From a virus (Duplodnaviria > Caudoviricetes): a DNA stretch of 47,740 nt. The translations under genes and the position numbers were made by a program. The stretch is from the IMG/VR virus record IMGVR_UViG_3300033485_000026, positions 1-47,740 of that record. The stretch is one strand, 5' to 3'. Every line of letters starts with the position of its first letter. The first letter of the stretch is position 1. Below, piece after piece: positions 25,088 to 34,065 of this stretch. The notes below the pieces were generated by a model. The model had not been told where the DNA came from. It searched no databases and worked only from the letters and a program-made list of their open reading frames with translations.

Positions 25088-26359
25088 CTACGACTCGATG
25101 GCCCCAAAGCCCTTCCATGTACCGGGGGTGCCTGCGCTCACACAGACCCATCCTGCGTAGGTGCCTGGGCCTGCCGACGGTTCCGTGTTCCACACCCTCG
25201 CTCCGCGTATCCACGTCCCGGTCGAGGGCGCTGCCGTGTCGTAAGTCTCATGCGCGATGGTCACCGCATCCACGCCGGTATACTTGAGGACCGAACGACC
25301 ACCGACGTTGTCGTAGATGTGGGCACAGAGCACACCGTCGCTGCCGTAGACGGTGTTCTGGGTCGCGATGAGATTGCTGCCGTTGAAGGTGAGGGATGGA
25401 ATATGGTCGGCTAGTGAGGCATCGACCGTCGGCGTCTCGTAGGTGCCGTTCACGCTCCAGTAGCCGCCGATGAACGTGTTGGGGCCGACCCATGTCGCCG
25501 CCGTGTCGTAGGCGAAGTAGATGCCCTTGCTCCCGCTGAGGCCGGCCAACTCGCAGTAGGTCCCGACGAATGTATTGCCGATGGCGTAGTAGTGGCTGTC
25601 GAACTGGATACCGATGGCCGTGGCTGGGTAGCCGGTGGTGACCAAAGGGTTCTCGATGCGCGTACCATGGAACGTGTTGGTGCCGCCACGGACTCTGATG
25701 CCAATCTGGTGCGCCTTCAACTCACAGGAGAGGAACGTATTGACGTTCGCGCCATCGTTCGTGGCATCTCCGCCCAGGTATATTCCTGTGACGCCGCCGA
25801 ACGAGCGGAAGTTGTCGATGTGGTTGTAGTAGGTCTGGTAGGTGGAGTAGCCGAGGTTCAGGTGCGTCTGCCACTGATGGGTATGGACATCGCGGATGGT
25901 GCTGTAACTGATGCCTGTGAGGTCGATGGCCGTGTAGTCCGCATAGTCCATCCCGTTCTCACCTGGATGGTCATGGATCGCTGATGCCGACGGGTAGATG
26001 TACAGCCCCTCGATGAGGCAGTTCTCGATAGCAGCGGCCTGGGCGTCGTCGGCTTTGATGGCCCCCGTCGCGCACTTGAGGTTCGAGAGTCCGCGCCCCT
26101 CGCCCCGAAGCCCTTGACCGGATGCCCTGAGTTCGACCGGCGTGGCGAGGTAGTACGTCCCCGCAGGTACGAACGCGATCCCCGCCGCGACGATGGCGGC
26201 CTGGAACGCAGCCGAGTCATCCGTCGTCCCGTCGCCGACAGCGCCGTGGTAGAGGACGCTCGTCGTGTCGTCGTGGTCGGCGTTCCAGTTCGACGGGCGC
26301 ACGAGTGTCGCATCCGTGCCGTCGGGATAGGTGGTCTGGAACGCATGTTTGATGCTCAT
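25088..26359 (-). CDS. Tailspike / receptor-binding protein with pectate-lyase-like beta-helix
   Basis: GAVGDGTTDDSAAFQAAI, FVPAGTY, repeated NTF beta-helix rungs, C-terminal GWVCVSAGTPGTWKGFG. Confidence 0.8.
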   Translation of the reverse strand: MSIKHAFQTTYPDGTDATLVRPSNWNADHDDTTSVLYHGAVGDGTTDDSAAFQAAIVAAGIAFVPAGTYYLATPVELRASGQGLRGEGRGLSNLKCATGAIKADDAQAAAIENCLIEGLYIYPSASAIHDHPGENGMDYADYTAIDLTGISYSTIRDVHTHQWQTHLNLGYSTYQTYYNHIDNFRSFGGVTGIYLGGDATNDGANVNTFLSCELKAHQIGIRVRGGTNTFHGTRIENPLVTTGYPATAIGIQFDSHYYAIGNTFVGTYCELAGLSGSKGIYFAYDTAATWVGPNTFIGGYWSVNGTYETPTVDASLADHIPSLTFNGSNLIATQNTVYGSDGVLCAHIYDNVGGRSVLKYTGVDAVTIAHETYDTAAPSTGTWIRGARVWNTEPSAGPGTYAGWVCVSAGTPGTWKGFGAIES

Positions 26360-26371
26360 GTCGTCATCCCT

Positions 26372-26893
26372 TCACCGTGCATTTCTCAAGACGACCGCGC
26401 CGCCCGCAGCCTGGACGAAGATGTGCGGTGAACGTCGGGCGATCTGCGCCATCACACCGCTGATGGAGAACACCAGAGCATCTCCCCGGACCGCTCCGGT
26501 CCCGTAGTCGAGGATGATCCTCCCTACGGCGTCCGCATCGTTCCCGTGAGAGAACCCAGTCGTGAACGCCGTCGTGGTTGACTCGAAACTGAAATAGAGT
26601 TGCCACACCTCTCCGACGTAGCCGAGCGTGGGCGTCGTCGTGTCCAGGGTGTGCGTCCCGACCGTGTGGACGGCAGGCGTGTCCCACGCACATCGGATGT
26701 TGTCGTCGGGGTCCTTGAGGTAGACCTGGGTGTCGTGCATCGTGACGGCGGGCGCGGTCGTGATGGTGTACTCGACCGAGGTGATGTGGCAATCGTAGGG
26801 CAGGGTGAACTCCTGCCCGAAGTCCAGGTGCAGGTTAGACGACGACAGCAGCAGTTCGCCGTCGTTGTCGGTCTGGGATACGATGACGGCCAT
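26372..26893 (-). CDS. Minor tail protein (beta-rich, 173 aa)
   Basis: Lies between Dit and the tailspike. FGQEFT resembles LGQAFT in 37347..37943. Confidence 0.6.
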   Translation of the reverse strand: MAVIVSQTDNDGELLLSSSNLHLDFGQEFTLPYDCHITSVEYTITTAPAVTMHDTQVYLKDPDDNIRCAWDTPAVHTVGTHTLDTTTPTLGYVGEVWQLYFSFESTTTAFTTGFSHGNDADAVGRIILDYGTGAVRGDALVFSISGVMAQIARRSPHIFVQAAGGAVVLRNAR

Positions 26894-28428
26894 CAGAGCC
26901 AGCGTTCCTTGTGGACGCAGTACCCGGTGACGTTGACGCCCGTGTCGGCGTAGACGCTGAGGAGGTTGTCGCCCGGCTGGAGCGCCCAGAACTGGCTGTT
27001 GACATCAAGCAGGGCGTTCATCGGGATGCGCTGTCCGTTGTAGCCACTGACGTTGCTGTATGGCCCGTTGTTGAGCGTCACGGCTCCTGCGGCCATATCA
27101 ACCTGTATCTGGTCGCCGGTGTCGAAACAGTAGATGAGATCCTGCGATGGCATCGACTCGAGCGTGACACCGTAGAACAGCACATAGTCAACCGTGCCAT
27201 AGGTATACAGGTCCATCGTCGAGATGACCACCTTGTCGAGGTTGGCCCCGAAGGTCCCATCGGTATCGACATAGGTGAAGGTGATGGTGTCGTTCGTCGG
27301 GCGGGCAGCAGACCAGACGTGGAACTCCCACACATCGTTGATCCTGGTTATCTGCATGTGTGTGTCGTCCATCTCCAAGTCCCAGTGACCGTAGTCATAG
27401 TTCTTGCCCTGGAACCCAGCGGTCCAGGTCGCGTTCACCATCTGTTCACCCATCCATGCGCCGAACTGCGGGTAGGGGTAGCCGACACCTGTGCTGATGA
27501 CCATAGCAAAGAGGCAGGCGAGGTCGTTGTCCATCGCGTCTCGGAGCGTGACGGCGAGCAAGCCGTCGCCCGATCGCGTGAATGTCTTGTTGGCGACGTG
27601 GGCATCGACCCGGAAGTTCTCGATGGGGGTCGTGGCCGAACGGTAGACGCTTGGGCCGTGCCAGGCGTCCCCCTCGCCGGGGTCGCCATCACCGACCTGA
27701 TGCGAGAAGTAGACGCCGTCCGTGCCCATCTCCATAGGGTTCGTCGGGTCGGTATCCAGGGTCGAATAGAACTTCGGGTTCGCGGTGTTCATCGTGGTCG
27801 GCGTCCAGTCCATCTCCGAGCAGTCATCGAACCAGTCGAGCGTCCATGCTTCCACGGGTGTCCCGATGGTTGCGCTCAGGTCGAGTGGGATGCCGACCTG
27901 GAGGCCCTGCTGCGTGGACACGTTCTCGAAGATAAGCGACGTCGAAGGGGCGTCGATGTCAACCGTGAAGGTCGGGTAGCACTCGAAACCGCCGTTGTTC
28001 GTGACCGTCGTCTCGCCCTCCGTCACGGCGGTCGATACGGCTGTGTCCTCATACGCGAACGGGTCGGGGCAGAGGAAGCGCAGCGTACCGTTGCGGTGCG
28101 CCCCGATCGCGGTGAGATCGCTGTCGCTCGAGAGCATGGCGTAGTAGATGAGGGCGGGTTCGTCATCGAAGACCAGCGGGACGGGGCTGGTGGTGTAGAG
28201 CCAGGTCGCCAGGGCATGTGTGTCGGTCCGGGCGTCGGCCAGCGATGTGCCGTCATAGTGGACATCGACCTCGATGGCCCGCTCGGAGATGCGGCTGCCA
28301 TAGGTATACGCCCCGTGCATCGTCGCAACCGCTTGTAGGTGTACGTCTATCCCCGGAGCGAGCGCACGGCGGATGTCCGTGACGGTCAGGCCCATGCTGT
28401 CCGATGTGATGCTGTTGAAGGTGAACAC
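26893..28428 (-). CDS. Distal tail protein (Dit) with large internal insertion
   Basis: FTFNSITS, LVFDDEP..YYA, FLCPDPFAY, C-terminal FWALQPGDN. Follows the tape measure gene. Confidence 0.85.
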   Translation of the reverse strand: MFTFNSITSDSMGLTVTDIRRALAPGIDVHLQAVATMHGAYTYGSRISERAIEVDVHYDGTSLADARTDTHALATWLYTTSPVPLVFDDEPALIYYAMLSSDSDLTAIGAHRNGTLRFLCPDPFAYEDTAVSTAVTEGETTVTNNGGFECYPTFTVDIDAPSTSLIFENVSTQQGLQVGIPLDLSATIGTPVEAWTLDWFDDCSEMDWTPTTMNTANPKFYSTLDTDPTNPMEMGTDGVYFSHQVGDGDPGEGDAWHGPSVYRSATTPIENFRVDAHVANKTFTRSGDGLLAVTLRDAMDNDLACLFAMVISTGVGYPYPQFGAWMGEQMVNATWTAGFQGKNYDYGHWDLEMDDTHMQITRINDVWEFHVWSAARPTNDTITFTYVDTDGTFGANLDKVVISTMDLYTYGTVDYVLFYGVTLESMPSQDLIYCFDTGDQIQVDMAAGAVTLNNGPYSNVSGYNGQRIPMNALLDVNSQFWALQPGDNLLSVYADTGVNVTGYCVHKERWL

Positions 28429-31137
28429 CTATACCACCACTCCTGCCGCACGAAGTTCCCTGTTGATGAGGTTCGTCAGGTCAGCCGTGAACTGCTCAAG
28501 GTTCTTGTAGCCGTGGATGGTGACGCCACCGAAGTTGATGGTGATGTTCCTGCCGGTGGCCTTCGCCGCACCACGGGCCGTGGAAATCACACCTGCCCGC
28601 CACTCGGCGATCTCCGGTGCCATCGTGATCGAGGCTATCTGGTTGGCGATCGCCTGGCGCTGGTTGATGAGGGCGGCCCATTGTGCGGTGTTGCCGCGGG
28701 CGAGTTTGATGACCTCGTCCATCGAGGCCGTCCCGCTCGCCACGACCTCGGCGAAGACGTTTGCCGGCAGGACGGCCTGGAGTTTCTTGAGCGCATCGCG
28801 GTACTTCTCGAGTTTGCGTATCTGCGACCGGGCCGCACTCGCGAACCCTCCGACGCGCCGCTTCTCGGGCTTCTCCCAGAGGCCGGCGAAGTTCGCTATC
28901 TCCCGGGAGGCATCCTTGAACCGCTCGATCATGTCCTTCGTCTTGTCGATGACCTCGGTGAGCGCCTTCCTGAGCGCGTCAACGGCGTTCTTCATGCTCT
29001 TGGCCGCGCTCGTCCCTCCGCCACCTCCCGCCACCGCAGCAGGCTTGAACGCTGGAGGCGGTGTCATCTTCCAGTTGATCTTGGTCGCGTCTTGGAGAGC
29101 CGCGATCATCTCCTTCGTATCCGCGATCCTGCCCTCGAACAGTTTGCCGAGGGTAGCCACGCGGAGCGATCCGGACATGCTCGCTGCCGCATATTGAGCG
29201 GACTGCCCGAGTGCGGAGTACGCCCCGATCGCAGCGCCCAGTTGCCCTATCAGTTTGGCGTAGGCCGATGACGCGGCTGCCGCGCCCTGTACCGCGATGC
29301 CTGCCGCCCATGCCGCAGCCTCGCCGCTGTACTTCTGCGCGAGTTGCGTCTCGATGACCCGCACCTTGTAGGTGTCCCACGCTGTCGTCGCGGCTTCCTG
29401 GGCGAGTGTCAGTTGGGCAAGCGCCAGTTGCGCGTTGCCGGACTGCTTGCCGTAGTCGGCGACGGCCTTGTTGTACGTCTCCTGGGCCTTCGCGACGGCC
29501 TCGAGCGCGGAGAGCGCGTCCACCTCGACCTGCGCCATGCTCGCCGCTGAGTTGGCGTATGCGTTGAGCGCGTCGGCCTGCGCCTTGAGTTCGGCGGTCC
29601 ACTCCTCGGTGTCCTTGCGCCCCTTGTTGATGAGCCTCGAGTATCGTTCGAGGACATCATTCGTGTCCGTGTCGAACAGGCCCGAGTCGAGCATGGCGTG
29701 GAGCGGGTTCGCCTCGCCGCCTATCGAGGCCAGTATCTTGAGGCTGCCGATCATCCCCTCGAGGAACGGCGTGACGATCGACAGCGCGAGCAGGAACGCC
29801 TGGACACTCGCGGCCCCACCTCTGAACGCGAGCCGCAACATCTGACCTGTGGCCCCTGCTTTGTCGGTGAGTTGCGCGAACATGTCACGGATGATCGGGA
29901 GGGTCGCCGAGAACATAATCATGAGGTCCTTGAGGAACGGCAGCAGCGTCGTCCCCAGTTCCCGGGCGAACAGCGTGAGTTGGTCCTTGAAGTTCGCCCA
30001 CTGGCCCGCGAGCGTCTTCATCTGCTCACCCATGAGCCCGCCGAAGTCACGCCCGATGCCCTGGCGGATCGCGGCGATGGCAAAGTCCGCGGGTATCAGG
30101 CCCTTCTCAGTCATGTCACGGACAGCCGCGGTCGTCGTCCCGATCGCGTCCGCGACGTACTGCCAGGCCGGGATGAACGCCTCGGTGAGTTGCAGCATGT
30201 CGCGGGAGTTCATCCTGCCGGCGGAGCGCATCTGGCCGAGAGCCAGGGTGATGCGGTTGATGCCCTCTGCTCCGGTGCCGGTGGCGGCGGCGGCGTCACC
30301 CACGTCGCGCAGGATCGGGATGACCTCCTCGGCGCTGAACCCGTAGGCCCGCAGGCGGAGCGCCTGCTGCTCAACATCCACCAACTCGAACGGGGTCATC
30401 GCCGCGAACCGGGCGAGGCTCTCGAGCATCTGCTTGGCTTTGGCCGCACCGCCGTACAGATGCGTGAAGGCGACGGTCACCATCTCGAGGCGCACCGCCT
30501 GTGCGACAACCTCCTTGATGGCTGCTGCGATCCCCTGGATGACGGCCTTCACGGTCATGATGGCCGCGAAGACGAGCACGGACTTGGCGATCGTAGTCAG
30601 GAGGTGCGCGAAGGACAGTCCGCCCTCCTTCGCCCCCTCACTCGCTTTGCTGAGAGCGCCGGATGCGGCGTTGGCCTCTTTCGCGAGGCGGTTGTATTCC
30701 TTCGAGAGATCGGCGAGCGTTGCCTTGAGTTGGAGCATGTGGCGGTGGGCGTTCGCGGCTGCCTGGGGGTCTATCGTCACCAGTTTGCCGAGGCCGCCGC
30801 CCGCTCGTATGGCGGATTGGAGGCCGCTCATCGCGGTCTTCACGGTGAGGATCTGGTTGGCGATAGCGCCCATCGTCGTGCCTGGGCGCATGGCGCTCTG
30901 GAGCGCGGCCCCGGCGGTCGTGCTGGCCGCCTGGAGTTGGGAGAGCGCGTTGGTCTGGGTCTGGATCGCCCGGGTCGTGCCCGAGGTGGCGACCGCGGTC
31001 TGGGTCTGCGCGACCGCGACCTTCGGCGTAGCGACACGCTTGTCGATGGCCGCGAGTTCAGCCTTGACCCGCGCCATCGCAGCGTCGAAGGCATCGGTCT
31101 TGAGTCCGAGTCTTGCCTCTACCTCGGCAGCGAGCAT
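28429..31137 (-). CDS. Tape measure protein
   Basis: Ala-rich 902 aa with tape-measure domain FAAMTPFE...GDAAAA...ALGQM...KTLAGQWANFKD. Confidence 0.95.
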   Translation of the reverse strand: MLAAEVEARLGLKTDAFDAAMARVKAELAAIDKRVATPKVAVAQTQTAVATSGTTRAIQTQTNALSQLQAASTTAGAALQSAMRPGTTMGAIANQILTVKTAMSGLQSAIRAGGGLGKLVTIDPQAAANAHRHMLQLKATLADLSKEYNRLAKEANAASGALSKASEGAKEGGLSFAHLLTTIAKSVLVFAAIMTVKAVIQGIAAAIKEVVAQAVRLEMVTVAFTHLYGGAAKAKQMLESLARFAAMTPFELVDVEQQALRLRAYGFSAEEVIPILRDVGDAAAATGTGAEGINRITLALGQMRSAGRMNSRDMLQLTEAFIPAWQYVADAIGTTTAAVRDMTEKGLIPADFAIAAIRQGIGRDFGGLMGEQMKTLAGQWANFKDQLTLFARELGTTLLPFLKDLMIMFSATLPIIRDMFAQLTDKAGATGQMLRLAFRGGAASVQAFLLALSIVTPFLEGMIGSLKILASIGGEANPLHAMLDSGLFDTDTNDVLERYSRLINKGRKDTEEWTAELKAQADALNAYANSAASMAQVEVDALSALEAVAKAQETYNKAVADYGKQSGNAQLALAQLTLAQEAATTAWDTYKVRVIETQLAQKYSGEAAAWAAGIAVQGAAAASSAYAKLIGQLGAAIGAYSALGQSAQYAAASMSGSLRVATLGKLFEGRIADTKEMIAALQDATKINWKMTPPPAFKPAAVAGGGGGTSAAKSMKNAVDALRKALTEVIDKTKDMIERFKDASREIANFAGLWEKPEKRRVGGFASAARSQIRKLEKYRDALKKLQAVLPANVFAEVVASGTASMDEVIKLARGNTAQWAALINQRQAIANQIASITMAPEIAEWRAGVISTARGAAKATGRNITINFGGVTIHGYKNLEQFTADLTNLINRELRAAGVVV

Positions 31138-31141
31138 ACCC

Positions 31142-31444
31142 TCACTTCTCCCATCCCAACTCCCGCATCCGCTCGTGGAACGCCTCTGGCGAGGCTTCCT
31201 TGCGCGGTTCGTCCGAGAGAAGGTCGGCCAGTTCGGGCAGCCCTTCGGTTCCCATCGTGAAGGCCGCCGTGTAGTACGCCGTCATCAAGGCGAGTTGCCG
31301 TGTCCGCCAACCATACCCAGAGAACACCTCGGCGAGTTCTATCGGATCGAGGTCCCAGAACTCGGAGGGCGACAGCCCTACTCGGCAGGCGTCTCGCCAG
31401 AGTCCGTCGTAGAAACTGTCGCTTGGGTAGGGTTGCCGAACCAC
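31142..31444 (-). CDS. Tail assembly chaperone, second (frameshift) segment
   Basis: GLSPSEFWDLDP. Overlaps the upstream chaperone in the -1 frame. Confidence 0.75.
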   Translation of the reverse strand: MVRQPYPSDSFYDGLWRDACRVGLSPSEFWDLDPIELAEVFSGYGWRTRQLALMTAYYTAAFTMGTEGLPELADLLSDEPRKEASPEAFHERMRELGWEK

Positions 31445-31722
31445 CCGCAGGCCATGATTGCCTCGGATACCGCAGCGATGACCGGCGTGATGTCGCCGCC
31501 CTTCTCAAGGAACGAGTCGAGCATGTTCTCCACGTCGTCGGCGGACACCTCGGGGTGGTTGTAGACCATGCCTGCATGGAGCAGGGCCACGACCACGTCC
31601 ACCCCGAAGTTGTCAGCCAGTTCGTTGATAGGCCGTCCGAGTTCTCGCTCGAACACCCGTAGCGCCTTCGTGCCGAACGCCAGCGTGTAGGTCTTGCCGA
31701 TCTTCACCTTCACTTCACGCAT
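31378..31722 (-). CDS. Tail assembly chaperone
   Basis: YTLAFGTKALRVFERELG. Lies between the tail tube and tape measure genes. Confidence 0.8.
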   Translation of the reverse strand: MREVKVKIGKTYTLAFGTKALRVFERELGRPINELADNFGVDVVVALLHAGMVYNHPEVSADDVENMLDSFLEKGGDITPVIAAVSEAIMACGWFGNPTQATVSTTDSGETPAE

Positions 31723-31740
31723 GATGCCCCCTTCTCACGC

Positions 31741-32142
31741 CTAGAGAGTGCCGGTGAACGCGGTGATTGAACCGTTGACGCGCAGGCCGAAGTTGCAGGT
31801 GACCGCGCCGTTGACCGATGCGCTCACCTCGCGGCTCGTGATGACGCCGTCGCCCTCGAAGCCGTGGGTCCCGTCCGTGAACAACTGGAGGTGGACCTCC
31901 GTGCCGGCGTCGAACGCATCGTGGAGATCGCCCTGATAGGTGTCGGCCTGATCGTAGAACCCGCTGAATCGCAGGCTCCCGTTCTTGAACCCGGCCATCC
32001 AGACCTTGTCCGTGTCGCCGAACTGGGTGATGTCCACCTCGTCGGCGTCCGATGTCAGGGTCCACTCGTTCATCGCAGCGACGAGGTTCGCCGTTGGAGT
32101 CCCGAGTTTCACCCCACCGCCCTTGCCATGAACGATAGCCAA
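31741..32142 (-). CDS. Major tail (tube) protein
   Basis: EWTL...VDITQFGD...AGFKNGS, FEGDGVITS, synteny. Confidence 0.85.
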   Translation of the reverse strand: MAIVHGKGGGVKLGTPTANLVAAMNEWTLTSDADEVDITQFGDTDKVWMAGFKNGSLRFSGFYDQADTYQGDLHDAFDAGTEVHLQLFTDGTHGFEGDGVITSREVSASVNGAVTCNFGLRVNGSITAFTGTL

Positions 32143-32163
32143 CCTGACCCTCTCCTTCCGTTT

Positions 32164-32523
32164 CTACGAGATCGAGTGTGCCTCGACCTCTGCTACCGCC
32201 TCGAAGCGGCCTCCATCATCCCGGCCAAGAGATATGACCGGACTGACTGCAAGATAACCCATCGCGAGTAGTGCTTGGTAGCCCTGGTCGCACAAGGCGC
32301 GGGCAGCCGTCTGTGTGCTCGAGCGGGCCCGTATCGCGATGCCGTAGTGGGTGATGAGCGGAGCGTCCTCGCCGAAGCCGTGTTCCGGCCTCGTGAAGGC
32401 GAAATCGTCGAGCACCAGTATCTCGTCCAGCGACCCGTCCTCGGCGTCGGGAACGAAGCCGTGGTAGACGGTGATCCCGAGGGATGTCGAGAGCGATGCG
32501 GCGTCGTCCGCGACCGTCGTCAT
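32164..32523 (-). CDS. Tail terminator / completion protein
   Basis: Synteny and LGRDDGGRFE motif. Confidence 0.65.
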   Translation of the reverse strand: MTTVADDAASLSTSLGITVYHGFVPDAEDGSLDEILVLDDFAFTRPEHGFGEDAPLITHYGIAIRARSSTQTAARALCDQGYQALLAMGYLAVSPVISLGRDDGGRFEAVAEVEAHSIS

Positions 32524-32927
32524 GGGGTACTCCTCAGTCTCGACCGCATCGTGGCCTGGATCGCTGTCCTGGCAGCCGGCGTGAGCCCTGTCTTCCTGCT
32601 CCCGATGTAGGTGGTGAAGATGCGCCCGACGTAGTTCTTGCCTGTTCCGGGCGTCGTGTACTTGCGGAAGTGGATGACCTTCCCGCCGCGGTGCATGTAG
32701 CCCTTCTCCTGCACCTCGGCATAGCCCGCCATCTGGCCGCCGTAGACGATGCGGACGCCCTGGCCCTTCCTGAACCGCTCGGTCCTGCCGCTACGTCGCA
32801 GCGGACCGCGCTTCATCGGCGTGACGAGTTCCATGTTGGCGATCCGGACATGCTCCATGAGTTCCTCAGCGCCCTGGAGAGCGCCCTCCACGGCCACGTT
32901 CTTGACGGCTGTCCCGTACCACCTCAT
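32520..32927 (-). CDS. Neck / tail-completion protein (HK97 gp10-like)
   Basis: TPMKRGPLRRSG, YAEVQE, YTTPGTG. ATG at 32927. Confidence 0.7.
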   Translation of the reverse strand: MRWYGTAVKNVAVEGALQGAEELMEHVRIANMELVTPMKRGPLRRSGRTERFRKGQGVRIVYGGQMAGYAEVQEKGYMHRGGKVIHFRKYTTPGTGKNYVGRIFTTYIGSRKTGLTPAARTAIQATMRSRLRSTP

Positions 32928-33214
32928 AGCCACACCTCGTAGTGGTCGAGCGCATCCATGCCCCATCGCTTGAGGACGCGGATGATGGGCCAGTCCCGCC
33001 CGTCGTAGTCGATGCGGTCGCTGACGCTGACCTCGTCGAGGGTGAACATCGTGGCCTGGCTCGCCACCATCTCGCCCCTCTCGTTCGTGTACTGACGGAC
33101 CCGCGGCTCGAACCGGCACTTGATCGTCGTGTCGGTGTAGGTCCTCGAGCCGTCCGCCGCAGGAGCGCCGGCGACCTTGAGTGTCGCGGTCTGGTTCAGG
33201 TAATCGCCTATCAC
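32924..33214 (-). CDS. Head-closure (stopper) protein
   Basis: YLNQTATL...IKCRFE...NERGEMVAS...DHYEVWL. GTG at 33214. Confidence 0.7.
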   Translation of the reverse strand: MIGDYLNQTATLKVAGAPAADGSRTYTDTTIKCRFEPRVRQYTNERGEMVASQATMFTLDEVSVSDRIDYDGRDWPIIRVLKRWGMDALDHYEVWL

Positions 33215-34065
33215 GAGACAGCCACCGCCCCCAGGATGTAAGGACGCAGGAGCGCCATCGCGTCGATCGAGCGGAGTTGGTTCGTCTTGCTGAACGCCGT
33301 CGATGCGCCTCCCCCGCCGTATGTCTCGGAGAAGTCGCCGATCTTCACGCTTGTCACCCCTTGTGCCTGGAGCGTCTCGCGGTCGGTCGTGGAACTCGCG
33401 GCATCTGCGGCGAGGATCGCGAGCGCCTCCTCGCATTGGGCATCCTTGACGGACTGCGGCACGACTCCATCGCCGAACCAGCCGATCATCTTGTACATCG
33501 AGGAGTACCGCTCGTGCTCCTCGGAGTACATCTGCTCGCCCTGGCCCCAGATGTAGCGCGGGAACTGCATGGTCTGGTTCTCGTCGTCGTACTTCACGCC
33601 GCGGAGCGGGAGCGCGTCGATCCGCCGGGCCGCCATCAAGAGCGCGGACTCCTGGTAGGTGGGAGCCGCATCGTCCCAGGCGCTCGTCCCGAGGCGAGCC
33701 TGCATGTAGTCCACGGCCTCGTTGTAGGTGACGTAGGTATTCGTCGCGACCGTGAGGGTGGTGGCCCCGATGTCCGCGACGATGTCGATGGTGAACGGCT
33801 TGCGGCGGTACTGGACATCGCCGTCGATGAGGAGTTCCACGATGAACGCGCCCGACCACTCCTCCCCGATCGAGGCGACCGGGATGTCGGAGTGCTCCAC
33901 CGTGCAGCGCCACACATCGTCGGCTCCCTCGGTGAGCACCGTGGTCGGCACCGCGACGTTGTTCTCGTCGTAGAGTTCGACCGTGATCGTGGTCACGTCA
34001 TCGGGCTCGGTCGGGGTGTAGTTCAGTTCCCCGGTGCTGCCGGCGACGAGGCTTAGTTTCTGCAT
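33211..34065 (-). CDS. Head-tail adaptor (DnaT-like family) with N-terminal beta-rich extension
   Basis: NTYVTYNEAVDYM, QTMQFPR, VPQSVKDAQCEEAL, GVTSVKIGDFSETY, ALLRPYI. Confidence 0.8.
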   Translation of the reverse strand: MQKLSLVAGSTGELNYTPTEPDDVTTITVELYDENNVAVPTTVLTEGADDVWRCTVEHSDIPVASIGEEWSGAFIVELLIDGDVQYRRKPFTIDIVADIGATTLTVATNTYVTYNEAVDYMQARLGTSAWDDAAPTYQESALLMAARRIDALPLRGVKYDDENQTMQFPRYIWGQGEQMYSEEHERYSSMYKMIGWFGDGVVPQSVKDAQCEEALAILAADAASSTTDRETLQAQGVTSVKIGDFSETYGGGGASTAFSKTNQLRSIDAMALLRPYILGAVAVS

